Notes: generated by a model not told the origin, from the letters alone. 63,843 nt of DNA, filler included, from Phoronis australis (GCA_002633005.1; 7 parts of 7 records of this genome joined end to end with filler, not necessarily neighbours in it), one strand, 5' to 3'. Numbered from the whole stretch's first letter, positions 37,604 through 50,230 are shown. Program-made: numbers and translations.

Positions 37604-39328
37604 ATGCAAGAAAAACGTGGTTTACACGACATTCCCGAGCATCCACACCAACCTTCAAATCACGTCTTTCCAAAACGCAAGAAAAATCGTCAATTTCAAA
37701 AACAGTGGTTCATCTCATGGCCGTGGCTGCATTATATTGAGGGGGAAGATAAGGTGTTGTGTCACATATGTGCAAAAGCTTACCACATGGGTCTGCTGTC
37801 TTCAGCAAAACAAGAGCTATCATTTGTTGTTACCGGTTATACCAACTGGAAAAAGGCTACTGACAAGACGTCTGGCTTTACGAAGCATGAGAAATCTGAG
37901 TGCCATAAAGAAGAAATGGAACGCACACTGATAGTGAAGTTGTCTGTCAAAGATGTTGCGGAACAACTGTCAACAGCCCACGGAGAGCAAAAAGCGAAAA
38001 ACTGCAGAATGTTCCTGAAAATATCAAACATACGTTTTTTGGCAAGACAATGTATACCGTTTAGGGGTGACGGAGATGAACAAGATTCCAATTTTATTCA
38101 ACTACTCTATCTAAAAGAAACATAGACAGATATTTTGAAATCATGGTTGTCGCAGAAAACAAATAAATATACGTCTCCAGATATTCAAAATGAAGCGATC
38201 AAACTGATGGCTTTAAAAGATCTCCGAGAAATAGCGTAGTGCATTCGCGGCAGTCCTTATTTTAGTATACTGGCAGACGAAACTACTGACGTGTCTAATA
38301 GCGAACAACTCGTCGTTTGTATCCAATGGGTAGACGAATCATTATCACCCCATGAAGATTTCATCGGATTTCGCCGCTTGGAATTGATGGATGCCCAAAC
38401 AATTACGTCACTTCTAAAAGACACACTGTTGCAGATGAACTTGTCTTTAAGCAGATGTCGTGGTCAATGCTATGATGGTTGCAGCACAATGAGTGGGTCC
38501 AAAAATGGAGTCGTTGTCAACATTTAACAGGAAGAACATCGCGCCCTGTACACACATTGTTATGGCCACGCGTTGAATCTTGCCTGCTCAGATAGTATCA
38601 AACGATGCCAGCTGATGGCAGATGCTTTAGACACCACGTACGAAATTACCAAACTGATAAAAAAATCTCCCAAAAGTGACGCACAGTTGAATAAAATACG
38701 AGATGCGTTGCTTGACGACAGAGAAGTGGGTAATATTTGGCAACTGTGTCCAACGAGATGGACCGTGAAGGCTGACGCTCTGAATCGTGTGATAGGTAAC
38801 TATGATTGTTTACAGGAACTCTGGTCCTGGGGAGTCCAAAACTGCAATAATTCAGAAATGAAAGCGCGGATACGTGGAATTCAGTCTCACATGGCACAGT
38901 TTAGTTTCTTTTACGGTTTAGTACTTTCAGAGCGCCTGTTGGTGCATGCTGACAATCTGAGTACAACTTTACAAAGCGTTCAGATGTCCGCGGCTTAGGC
39001 TCAAAAGATTGCCAAAATGACCCTTTCTACATTAGAACGGATGAGAAACGACAGAGAATTTAAAAACTTCTGGGATGAAGTCCTAGTTTGTGCAAAGGAT
39101 CATCACGTCAAAGATCCTGGTCTCCCTAGACGCAATAGAAAACCCGCTAGATACGAAACAGGAAGAGAATTTAAAAACTTCTGGGATGAAGTCCTAGCTT
39201 GTGCAAAGGATCATCACGTCAAAGATCCTGGTCTCCCTAGGCGCAATAGAAAACCCGCTAGATACGAAACAGGAAATGCGCCTCTGGAGTTTTCTTCGAG
39301 TCCAGAAGATTATTATAGAAGAACATAA
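37604..39328 (+). pseudogene. hAT transposase (TTF-type Zn finger + DUF4371, ZMYM1/THAP12-like), multiple stops
   Basis: FQKQWFISWPWLHY..LCHIC..GYTNWKKA..KHEKSECH; LARQCIPFRGD..SNFIQLL; YTSPDIQNE; FSILADETTDVSNSEQL; RGQCYDGCSTMSG; HCYGHALNL; LCPTRW. Stops at about 38123, 38237, 38525 and 38996. Confidence 0.93.
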
Positions 39329-39716
39329 CGCTAAACCCTCGTGAGAGACCGCCCCGAGATGGCTGCTGGAGCAACTCGGGGCGGTCTGGGATCATGCGGA
39401 AAAACCACAGGGTAAATCTGTGGTCGACGAATCTATTCGGTCGATTACATTTTATTGCCTGTGAAGCCGCTAAGGGCTGCCTGAAGAAATATGACTCGCG
39501 CGTTTGTATTTTCGCCTTTTTCAATGACATGTAAAAGATTCATCAACAAATTCCTCGTAAAATTCTGAAAACAAGCGTTTTTCTCCCATGAAAATCGATG
39601 AAGTTTTGGCCGAGATATTTCCCTTTCAGTCCAGGCTACCCCTGCACACTCAGAGAATCGTCACACAAGATTACTACGCGGTAATGCGGTTTCACTGTCA
39701 ACAAAGGAAGACGTCA

Positions 39717-39816
39717 NNNNNNNNNNNNNNNNNNNNNNNNNNNNNNNNNNNNNNNNNNNNTTAATTAATTAANNNNNNNNNNNNNNNNNNNNNNNNNNNN
39801 NNNNNNNNNNNNNNNN
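39717..39816. other. Artificial scaffold linker
   Basis: 44N-TTAATTAATTAA-44N. Confidence 0.97.
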
Positions 39817-42800
39817 AAATCACCTTTGCATTGGGACTAAAATTTTTGTGGTCGAGAAAGAATGTTAGTCCACTGTTCTATCTGTAATGCAAAAGGCAAT
39901 TATGTGTGGCCTTACAAAACGGAGTGGAAGGAAACCATAAAAAATGCAAATAAACATGGTAATGGACTGTCTCACTATTGTCAAATCTATATATTCCATG
40001 ACTAATGAGGCAAGGCCAATTAACAGGTTCTGACAGTAAGCTGATGACAGAATTTTGATTCCTTTGTCATATCTTTAAGTCAGCACATGGCATTCCATCA
40101 GTGAGGTCATGTCTGTCAACTTGACCAGTGTGGACTATTTCTTTTCAATGATATTGCAGTCTGAAGCAGTCGAACAGACTCCCTAAATCAAATTCCCTCC
40201 CTTGATCAGGTCCCCAGGGCTTCGATTTCGAGACAATATATAATGTGCTCGCATTCTGAGAACCAGTTGATGCTCGTTATTCAGTGGAGAAAACTGGTTT
40301 TCAAAATTGCCGCAATTTTTGTAAAGAAGACAGATATTCTGTTTTAACGATGCAATGTCTCATTAAAACCGTAAATATTTAAATTTGTAGCAAGTAGTGA
40401 GTGCCACCTGACTTCCTGGAGAACTGTGTGTACAAGTATAATCAGGAAAAGAAGGAATTAATAGTTTATAGAAAACACCACAACTGATCAACTTAAAAAC
40501 CTTCATAAACAAATGAAAAACCATAGTAATGCCAAATATTAGGCAATAGTTCTTTGATAGTGAAATAAGCAAATAACAAAAACTGTACCTTGTTTCATTT
40601 TGGTAAACGGCACTAAAAGTATTTATACCACAATATCAGCCTTGAATGGCCAATACAACCCTGTAATAACCCATTTAGTTATCTCACTAGTGAGATAACA
40701 TTTGGCCGGAACCGAGGTCGGTTTCGAACATGGCCCGCAAGAGTTTTGGGTTGTCGACTTTGCCACTGCACCACTCAGTGGCTGACATCATCGAACGTGA
40801 AAATAGAATACTTAAATGAACACACGTAACAATCGCATGTTCAACTAAGGGTAGTGTACCGACATTTATACGCAACGAAAATAAGACAAATAATTTCCTT
40901 AAAAACGATATTTCAATTCAGTGAAATTTATCTCTCATTTTCTCTCACTTGTAAATCACGGATCTCCAATTTGAATGCTGATATCCTGTCGTCGAGATCC
41001 TTCGACTTGAACATTATACTCAGTTACCAGTGGTAACTTACTTTAGCAGACGATACTTTCTCGGTCGAAGCTTAGCGTGATAAAATGTGTAGTAAGCTGG
41101 AATAGTTGCTAAACCTTAATTTATAGATTCACTTTCTTTTCATTTTGTTAAAATTTTCAGTAAAAGCATTATTTGACAAAAATAGATTGGTTTTTCTAAA
41201 AGGTCATGACCTCCAACCCCGGGCCTCTGACATAGAAAGTAGTTACAAGGCCGAGGCGAGTCGAGAAAAGTAGATCAATTCATTGCAGTGTTTCTCGTTC
41301 AGTCATGGATTTTGGAGAATTATCGCCCTCGTGGCTCACGCCCCTCTCCAAATGGTGACCAGGTCTTTGGTGGACAGGCGTGCAGCACCACCTACAGATC
41401 ACATGTAATGCGGACGGGTGTTTTCAACGTACTTGCATAAACTGTGTTTTAACACCTAGTAAATTTCCACTGTTGTGTGGTGGGATGTACCAGTGCCTTG
41501 CGAAAAAAGACAAACCTTTAGAAATATCAGTTGATGAGCAAGGACGCCCTTTTCCACATGTTTCCATCTGCGAAGATGTATCTGCGACAAAGCCAATGGC
41601 TGTGACTGATAAAGCGGGAGAATTTCGATCCCAGATGGTGTCATTAAACTAAAATTAATTTAACTTCAACTAATCAAACAATGGTAAAGGCTGACCATGG
41701 ATTTTATTCCTCTGGTTTTATATGTTTATGAACTGTTATGTAGGAATTGAATTTCTGTCCACCAAATCTGACTCGGAAGTCATTTTCGTGCTCTCATTAC
41801 TCTAGAGAGCGCCAATATGAAAAGTCCCCTATTTCGGAATATTGTTTTCTTAAAAGTGGGATTTTGCTGTACTGTTTCCATTGGTCACATGGTTGAAATT
41901 CTTGCTTTTAACATATCTCGACATATGTAGAATTCAAAAAAACCTTTTCTCACATGACCTGGAACGTGATACGACACAACTGGTTAATAACACCAAGTAC
42001 GTATTTTTTTGATATTTCATGGGCGAATCACAAAGAAGTGCAAAGTAGAAATTCATATGCTTTACATTTTATCGTCTGCAAAACACTGATACCAGCCATC
42101 AAGCCTCGGGATTTCGACGAAATTTCCTAGAGGTTTTGCCCGTGTTATAAACCTGAGACAAGTGTAGGATTTGTTTTCTCACATGAACGATATTTTTTTT
42201 GCCGAAAAACTCGTGTTAGATTCTCTATCTATAGATTTCCTTTTATGCCTAATAAATGGTGTCTGAATATTTGTTAGAATTGACAATATTTGTGTGGGTT
42301 ATATTGTGTATGGATAAAACCCGAGGTGGTTCGAAGAGAAAAATACTTGTGTTCGGTATGATGTATTAAAGGCTACTGGTGTGAACCTATTCGACCAATC
42401 AGAATGTGCGCCAAATACAAAACTAACCAATGGGGAAGATTAGCTTGGGCTGGGATGTTTTTAAATACATGTCAAGAAATAACAATAATAACTTTAAATT
42501 GAACATGTACAGGAAATACCTAAGCTAATAAATCATGAAAACCTTTCATAAACACATTCCAATAGTTTGAACTTGGCTTGATCTTATTTTAAGTAATTAA
42601 ACACGTTTTTCCAATATTCTTTAACCAAATCAAGTAATTAAACATGTTTTTTCAATATTCTTTTTATCATATATGAGATAGTATTATGGAATATGTAATA
42701 CTTTGTAACACATTATGCAAAAATGATATTTTGTTACAAGTTGAGTTGTCTTTAGTCCAATCAGTCATCTGCCAATTGGCTAGCTTATGTCCATCTAGGA

Positions 42801-43374
42801 CAAATAGCTGCTTTAAAAATTTGCGAATAATGATTAATGTGGTAGTGGTACTTATATAACATTTTATTCCCTATTTTTCTGAAGTGAAATACAGATTGTG
42901 ATACTGGTGGCCACATACTCGTGCTTTCATGCTTTGCTCATGTGTTTATGTCCTAGTACCAGATTAGACATGGTTGGATACACCTCGTTGAGCACTAGTT
43001 GCAGGTTTACACACCATTTAATGTTGATTGCTGTTAAATGGTTGACTTGTGTCTGGAGGCATGTGAGGCTCTCAGCCTCGTCCCCAAGCCACTAGATGGC
43101 ACTGATCGGTTTAGCCATTTGAGGCTTTGGTTATGTGAATTACTTTCTCGGTGCGCAATGATTGGCTGCTTCCTCAAGTCATTAAAACAAAGACACATTT
43201 TATTTATTTTCACAGGCGTTGTTGCTGCCATTCATGACGCAGAAGGCATTGTTTTGGTTATTGTTTGAAATAAAGGTTGTTTTTATTAATAGTATAGAAA
43301 TTAATCTATTTTCGAATCAAAGTATATCAATATACCTTTAGTTTACATTATTATATTATATTGCAGAAAATTTC

Positions 43375-43474
43375 NNNNNNNNNNNNNNNNNNNNNNNNNN
43401 NNNNNNNNNNNNNNNNNNTTAATTAATTAANNNNNNNNNNNNNNNNNNNNNNNNNNNNNNNNNNNNNNNNNNNN
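43375..43474. other. Artificial scaffold linker
   Basis: 44N-TTAATTAATTAA-44N. Confidence 0.97.
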
Positions 43475-43834
43475 TGAAGTATACGAAAACGTCCTTCAGT
43501 AATTTATTACCAGATCATAGATGATAAGATGTCTGATTGAAATCTTTATTAGATTTCCTTGCACTCCCCGTAAATTAATCAACAAAGGATTTATATATGC
43601 GTAATTTATTTGGCCATCGTTCCAGATATCTCAATAAAATGAGTAGAGAGAATAACATTGCAATAGCTAACATGTTTCGACAGCCCCACTGCCATTTTCA
43701 AAACTAAGAATGCTGATATGGTTGCTCTAATACAGGGTGTCAATAAATTGAGAAATCCAGAAATAAGTAAAGCTAAAATGTGGAACCACAGTCCTACATG
43801 TACAGTTTCATACTGTTAAAAGTAACCCGGATGT

Positions 43835-44028
43835 TCAGACCAGGAGCATGTTCAGTGATGTCAAAGGCTTCTTTGATCCTGAGCTCTTGACAATTTTTCC
43901 CGCTGATTTCAGAACTCTTAAACACCCAGATGTACAGCAGTTTCCACAGTGTATTGAAGCCTGCAAGTGTTTAAAGATATTTGAGTTTGCATCCCTGACA
44001 AGGAGTTCCTTGATTCTATAGTTGTTAA
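43835..44028 (-). pseudogene. Penelope-like GIY-YIG endonuclease remnant, C-terminal half
   Basis: RIKELLVRDANSNIFKHLQASIHCGNCCTSGCLRVL resembles the R.KEH..S.I..H..C part of Penelope-like endonucleases; it continues across the Kolobok insertion. Confidence 0.7.
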
Positions 44029-45628
44029 AGGAGCATGCCACCCAAAAAAAACAACCTAATTTGTATCAATTTAGATCGAGTAGTTCTACTCCATAACGAC
44101 ACGTACGGTTGCGTTACCTGACACCTAACGGCAGACGGAGGTGTTGAAATTATCCAATGACGTCATCGGTTTCACACGCAGTCTGTTAAGCAGTTCACAA
44201 CACGGTTACTGGTGTCAGCTTATCGGTGGAAGTCATCGTTTAACACCAATAAATCATCAAACTTCGATGCAAAACCCTTAAAAATACACAGAGTTCTTAT
44301 AAAAACGTGTTGATTTATTTCGTTCTTCCGGATTTATTGGTATTTAGACCCACCGTAGGCTACAAAGTTCGGCAGGCCAATAAGGTCCGTAAGAATTTGG
44401 GGTCTGTTCGGAGATAATTTCGAAGTATTTTCCGTGAGATACAGATCTGTGTTGTTTAGACTTGTGATTGTTTTTGTTCTAAACACAAAACGCTTGTTAA
44501 CCTGGTCAATGGCTCGTAGCACGATCAGTCCCGTCGCGGCCGGCCGGATTNCCAGCCAAAGTTCATTGGAAACTGAACTTCCAGTCAAAAAATACTATAC
44601 TAGTAAGCCAAAGTAATGTGCACCTGATTATGTTGGTGAATTAGACACGAAACTGCGAATCTACTTACTCGTCGGGGGCCGCGAATTCAGGTTCCGCTTT
44701 GGCCACAGCACCGTCAGGGCAGAAGTTGTACATTGACAATCAATACTTGAGTAATGTAACTGTAAATAAAGATTCCCCTAACACCTGGCCGTGGGATGGA
44801 AATCGAGTTGTTTCGCGAGTGTTTCTGCCAGCAAACAGTAAATTAGCATGAGCTCACTCGGCCTAGGAGTGTCCCGTCAATTAGTTTTATTGCACCTAAA
44901 GCCGGTAACGCAGTGAATTATTCATTGTTGACTTCTCAAATCATTTGCACTCACGAACACTTCATAGGCATTACAAAATGCATCTGAGGAGACAGACTTT
45001 GTTTCAGTTTTATATAAGTATTGGTTAGGGTGAGAATAAATCGTTTTGAAACAGAACACTCAGTAATAAACGCCAACATGGCAACTCGCAATCCCGACTT
45101 AGGACGAGCTAGAGCTCATCAGTCCCGACTTGGCAGGTGGATCGTTAAGTTTTACAGGCTATAAATTTGAACAGGAATACAGTGATGAAGAATTACTAGA
45201 GAAGCGCAGTGAACAAGCTCTGACCACGGAACGTATGGAGTTATTTGGTAAGCCGGCATTCCTCAGGCACTGTCGACGTCTGCTGGCCACAGACACGGCC
45301 TCATACTTTCTATTTACAACGTACATTTCATTCTTCACTACCGTGAGCCACTTTCTAAGTATTTTGGACTCTCGAGGAAGTAAAAAAAAAAACGATATAC
45401 CCGCTTTCCTCGCAGCTGCTTAGTTCGGACAAGCGGGAACGATGCACCGCAACATAGCAGCATTCACTCTGCATATGAAACACTGATGTCGCTAGCGTCG
45501 TTTCTCACCTTCCTTATAGGTTAACGCGACACCTCTTGGCGAGGTAAGGTCGACCGTATGCGAGGCGAGGTGGATATAGACCGATTAAGACGGCAAAAAA
45601 CACTAATTAAATCGGGTGGCATTCTCCT
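44029..45628 (+). mobile_element. Kolobok-type non-autonomous transposon, copy 2 (complete)
   Basis: TTAA TSD (44025-44028, 45629-45632); TIR AGGAGCATGCCACCC / GGGTGGCATTCTCCT; colinear with 26226-27909. Confidence 0.92.
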
Positions 45629-45735
45629 TTAAGTGGAGAGTAATCTGGCCAATATTACCTGTGCTACACCCTGCTTACTTAAATATGTACTTGGCCATGG
45701 ACTTCAAAGAGTCTTGAATTTTGGCCAACATTTCT
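45629..45735 (-). pseudogene. Penelope-like GIY-YIG remnant, N-terminal half
   Basis: Minus strand reads KIQDSLKSMAKYIFK*AGCSTGNIGQITLHL, a decayed (V)VY.F.C.GC...YIG.T.RHL motif. Confidence 0.65.
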
Positions 45736-47299
45736 GCTTTAAACGATGAAAATGCCACCATATTGATTCAGGACATTGTTGGAGATATTTGTACATATAC
45801 ATGCATGCTAACTTATCAGATTTGTTCAAGTGTTTCTCAACGAAAGTGTGGTGATGATGTTTAGTTTTTATGACATTAACAGAACAAATTCTACGATTGT
45901 GAAGTATGACAGTCGCTTTCACGTTATAAAGGAAAATAATATTGTGATGTCTCATATTCTTGTTTCCCATGCCCTGTGAAACAGAAGTCTTAGGCGGAGC
46001 CGGGGAAGTCAATAAAGAGTCCATCTTGTGTTCATACATGTAGCTCGGCGGCACCGTGTTTTGTGAATTGTAAGATGTTTAAAACCAACAGAGCAGATCC
46101 TGGTACTTTTTTTCTTATTGAAACGATCATTTACACCGTTCGTAGTAACGGCATTGCGTTTAGTTTATTTCAGAATTATTACTTTGTCATGACTAAAAAG
46201 TCTGGCGCTTTCCATAAAACACGAGAGTGACGTTTTAAATTGCGTTGTTCTCATAAAAAATAACATTTTCGGACGTTTCCTGATGGAGAGCTTAAGTTTA
46301 CTAGGACTGTGTTTCATAAAGCCTTAAAACATTTCCCAAAGATAAGTTAAATTGAAGCATAAATTCAGCCAGTGCATAGCTATATGCACTCTTTGTGAGT
46401 CTCCTTGTAAGGTGTCTTCAATATGTTGTTCAACGGATTAAGCCATTTTCACTATGCTTTATTTTGTCTGCTTGAACTCAACGAACCCAAAATTGTCGGT
46501 GTACGTTTTGTATCTTGTCAGATTTATGAAATTACATGTATAAATATATACACACATATACATATATACATCTTCAACATGGCAATGTGGCATGCAACCG
46601 TAAGTAATTCATTGAAAGGAAGCTACACATGTGCGTTTGAGATTTCGACCGTATGTCGATCATTGTTTCCGCCAGTCAGCCACAAGCTACAGTAATTAGC
46701 TAAGGAGTTGTGGAGAGATTTTGAGAAACTTCCAGACAATGCGAGGAGTGGACGAAGAAACAATCGATTACATTTTAGGAAAGGTATCACGTCAACGGTC
46801 GTTTTAATGCTCAACAACCAATAAACGTCACTTTGTTATATCAACGCGATTGCTAGATGCTTGGTGCACACGAGCTAAAGCCCTCACAAATGACGTGTAC
46901 TGAAAGCCAGTGAAATTTTTGCCCATTTTAGGCCACCTTTTCGGCAATAGCGTGGCATAGAGAACTGCCATGCCTTGATGGAGGTTTTCATTCAGCGAAT
47001 AGTTCACATTTTACTGCTATTTTAAATCCGGGTAACATAAGCAGGCGTAAAAGTCTTTGAGTTGATTGACGCGAGGGTGGCGAGTAAATTATTGGAATGG
47101 ATCAGGAACATCCTAGAATCGAATCACCATGAGACATTGACTACTTCGCAAACACGTTTTTACAAGGAGTTAAATGGAATTACCGCAACAGCGGTCAATA
47201 TCAAGCTATGACAGATAAATATTAAAAATACTGACTCCATAATATTGACCGCTCGTGAGTCTATAGCATCAAAATGTATCCAAATTGCATTATCTTTAT

Positions 47300-47427
47300 T
47301 TATCTTCACCTTCCTGACTGGTTAACGCGACACCTACGTCTCGTTGAGGTATACAAAGCACGAGGTGATACAGACACAGACTCATTAATACGGCAAAAGG
47401 AAAAAATGAATCGGGTGACACATGTCT
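47300..47427 (+). mobile_element. Diverged relative of the Kolobok-type right end
   Basis: TCACCTTCCT..GGTTAACGCGACACCT..ACGGCAAAA..AATCGGGTGACACATGTCT-TTAA resembles 45505-45632. Confidence 0.6.
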
Positions 47428-47734
47428 TTAATGGGATTTGCGGAAACTGTGACTTTTATTAAATAGTGTAATATCTCATTCACTTCTCACACATTTTATG
47501 ATTGTTTGTGGTAGAAACTTTTGCAAAAACGGCCATTAAGCTACTCGTCATGGAAACATGGCCATCCATTTTCCAACCAAAAAAATTTATTTTCTTTGCA
47601 GCAGTAAAATTGGCTCACTATGATTTGCGCAAAATAGGTTTATGGTGGTTTGAAATTGTGAAGAAGAAGCGGGGTTGAATTATTGCCCATTCTATCTTGA
47701 CAAATCCTCATGTCGTCACATGCTCTGGAGACTG

Positions 47735-47831
47735 TATAAATACTGCCAGAAAACTGAAAGCAGAAAGTACAAATCCAGACTGGCTGGTGAACAGAACAGA
47801 AACCTCAAATCTGTCATCGAAGGTTGCAGAG
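47735..47831 (+). promoter_or_regulatory. TATA box and candidate non-coding first exon
   Basis: TATAAATA at 47735-47742; donor GAG|GTAAAT at 47831/47832, upstream of a signal-peptide exon. Confidence 0.45.
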
Positions 47832-48737
47832 GTAAATTGTCTTTTGTTGTGAAGCTGTTTACGTGTGACTATGTTTGTAGTTCAACAACGTCATATCAAG
47901 TGACATTTTGCCTTATCTTATTTTTCTTATCAAACCTGTCGTTATCTTGATAAAATTCTGTTTATATTACCAAAAAGAGCATGAAAACCACCAGCAACTC
48001 AAAGAAACGTTTCAGATTTCATTCTGGTTGTCCAACCTTAAAAGTGCAAATTCAAAAATACCGCGTACAATGACTTGAGTAGGTACACGGCTCATTTGGC
48101 CCAAAGTTCAAGATAGGATCAGAGTGCTTAAGAATTTAACACAGCTAAACAGCGGGTAAATGTTTAAACAATTTAATCTATGTGTTTTTAAATCAATAAA
48201 ACTTTGTTTCACTTTTCATAGTCGGATGCAGTCATTTCGGATATTTTTAGTACATTTTCTTTGGTCAGAGTGCTTATAACATGAAAAGCACAGAGGAGGA
48301 GAAACAGTTTTAATTTCAAGTTTGATTTTAGTTTGATTTATAGTACAATTCGCAAATAGTTTGTCGCCCGAACGTATGGAGGACGGCAAGTGTAAGCCGG
48401 TTTAGATGTGTATAACAACGGTCCCGACTCGTTCCCAGCCATTCTCGTAGGTCACATGTAGGAGGAGGGTCAAGTTCCTTCCACAAAGTCTAGCATCAAC
48501 GGATGTGAGTGGTAGAGAATGGTGATGCACGTATTTGTAGTCTATTCCTGAGTTTCAGAAAATCCCTCGTAATTTGGCCGATATGACTTCAGCTGCCGTT
48601 ATCGACATCTGAAGCTCGAGGTGTCCGAGGAGAAACCATGTACATGTGTCAAGTATATATTCCACAAAGGATTAACATTTCCGTTTTTACTTCCCTGTCT
48701 AGCTGTGTCATGATGCATTTCTTCTCATTTTCAGAAA

Positions 48738-48813
48738 ATGTTCGTGTTGCGTTGTTCAGTCCTGTGTCTCATCGCTCTGGCAGTGATTGGAACAAGCGAG
48801 GCCGGAAAGGAAG
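48738..48813 (+). CDS. Signal-peptide exon of an unidentified secreted protein
   Basis: Pyrimidine tract ttttcag|AAA-ATG; MFVLRCSVLCLIALAVIGTSEA-GKE-G|gtaggt; hydrophobic core, S-x-A cleavage site, phase-1 donor. Confidence 0.65.
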
Positions 48814-49391
48814 GTAGGTGTAGATTTAAACTTCAGTGTAACGGAAATCATGATTGAAGTATTTTCATAACACACTGACCCTACATTGCTTAGGTTCAGA
48901 AAAAAACACAAAACCAAAAAAATGTAGTGTGTCCCGGCAAAATTTGGTAGCTACCCTCAGTACAACAGAAAAGCATGCCAAATGCTCGTGAAGTCCACGA
49001 CTTTCGTAAACGACTAGTTGGAGTGGGTAGACCGGAATTTTGAAGCTACATGAAAAAGTGGCAAGCAATATCGTAGACAGACACAACTGTAGTTTATAAA
49101 TATACGAAGTTATGAACGGAAATGTTGAGTATGCAGACATGAATTAAGGCTCACAACGTCTCAACTAATCTCATTGGCGTACTCACAATATGCAATGTCT
49201 TGGCGAAACAGATCAGATGACGAAAGGTCCACCGTTTATACAAGCATCATGTAGAAAGATTGGCTGCCCCAAATTCCATGAATCTGCTACAAATTAATGA
49301 GCTCACCACCTTAAGATCATTTTGTTGGTACTTGTAAAGTCAAGACTACTCTGCTTAGCTGCCCGTGATAAGCGTCTTTTCAGTTCTCCCC

Positions 49392-49843
49392 TTACATGGA
49401 TTACATCATTGGATCACGAATGTTTGGTATGCATTTATCGGCCGAAGCAAAGCAGAGTATCTTATTGCAACAGTTATACGTAACTTTTCTGTGTGCGATA
49501 CAACAAAATAAGTATTTTGTGTATTCTAAGTGGTTTACGCAGTGGCAGATGTAGGACATCATGAAGGGGGGTATATTCGCGCCTCGCTACTCAGCCATTC
49601 CCCAAAAAAGAAACGCNCTTACATGGATTACATCATTGGATCACGAATGTTTGGTATGCATTTATCGGCCGAAGCAAAGCAGAGTATCTTATTACAACAG
49701 TTATACGTAACTTTTCTGTGTGCGATACAACAAAATAAGTATTTTGTGTATTCTAAGTGGTTTACGCAGTGGCAGATCTAGGACATCATGAAGGGGGGTA
49801 TATTCGCGCCTCGCTACTCAGCCATTCCCCAAAAAAGAAACGC
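49392..49843 (+). repeat. ~226-bp near-exact tandem duplication with N at the junction (probable assembly artefact)
   Basis: 49392-49616 is repeated at 49618-49843 with about 2 differences; single N at 49617. Confidence 0.8.
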
Positions 49844-49947
49844 ACACACACAAAAGTACACGATTAGCCACAACATAAGAAATCACAAAATTTATTTATT
49901 TATTCTTTAACGATTACCACGTCTTTCATTCAATTTCTTTTGCATAG

Positions 49948-50180
49948 ACCTACATAAGTGTGTAATGATTCTGCGATCTCCCTCATTGTGCGCATGCGTT
50001 AATTATAATATCCGTGTAGATAAAGTTTCACGAGACGCACGGCTCATCCCTGCATTAGGTTATGTTTCACTAAACTTTTGTGTGAGCCTTGTTGACATCA
50101 TCAGAAACACTGATGATTGCAAATTTAGAAAAGACAAATCGCCGAAATACAAAACTGGAGATTTCCCTCAGAAATTTTAA
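49948..50180 (+). CDS. Candidate second coding exon of the secreted protein
   Basis: tttcttttgcatag| phase-1 join gives DLHKCVMILRSPSLCACVNYNIRVDKVSRDARLIPALG.., open to 50180. A possible donor AG|GTTATG near 50058 makes the 3' end uncertain. Confidence 0.4.
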
Positions 50181-50230
50181 GGTGGCTCTGCAATATTTTA
50201 TTCTCAGTAGGTACTGAATGCCAAAATACT

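Larger units (their letters stand above)
35194..39328 (+). mobile_element. Decayed autonomous-type hAT transposon (right end not seen)
   Basis: Left end CAGGGCCGTAGGAAGC + GGGGGGCC..GCCCCCC hairpin, inserted in Kolobok copy 4; carries an OTU-like region and a transposase pseudogene. Confidence 0.88.

Noticed and set aside
40000-41652. Decayed Cys-rich transposase-like coding fragments (40000-40370 minus; ORF 41380-41652)
   Set aside because: No diagnostic motif or termini I can support by eye; needs blastx.
49392-49843. Biological 226-bp tandem duplication
   Set aside because: Near identity with a single N at the junction is typical of unmerged overlapping contig ends.
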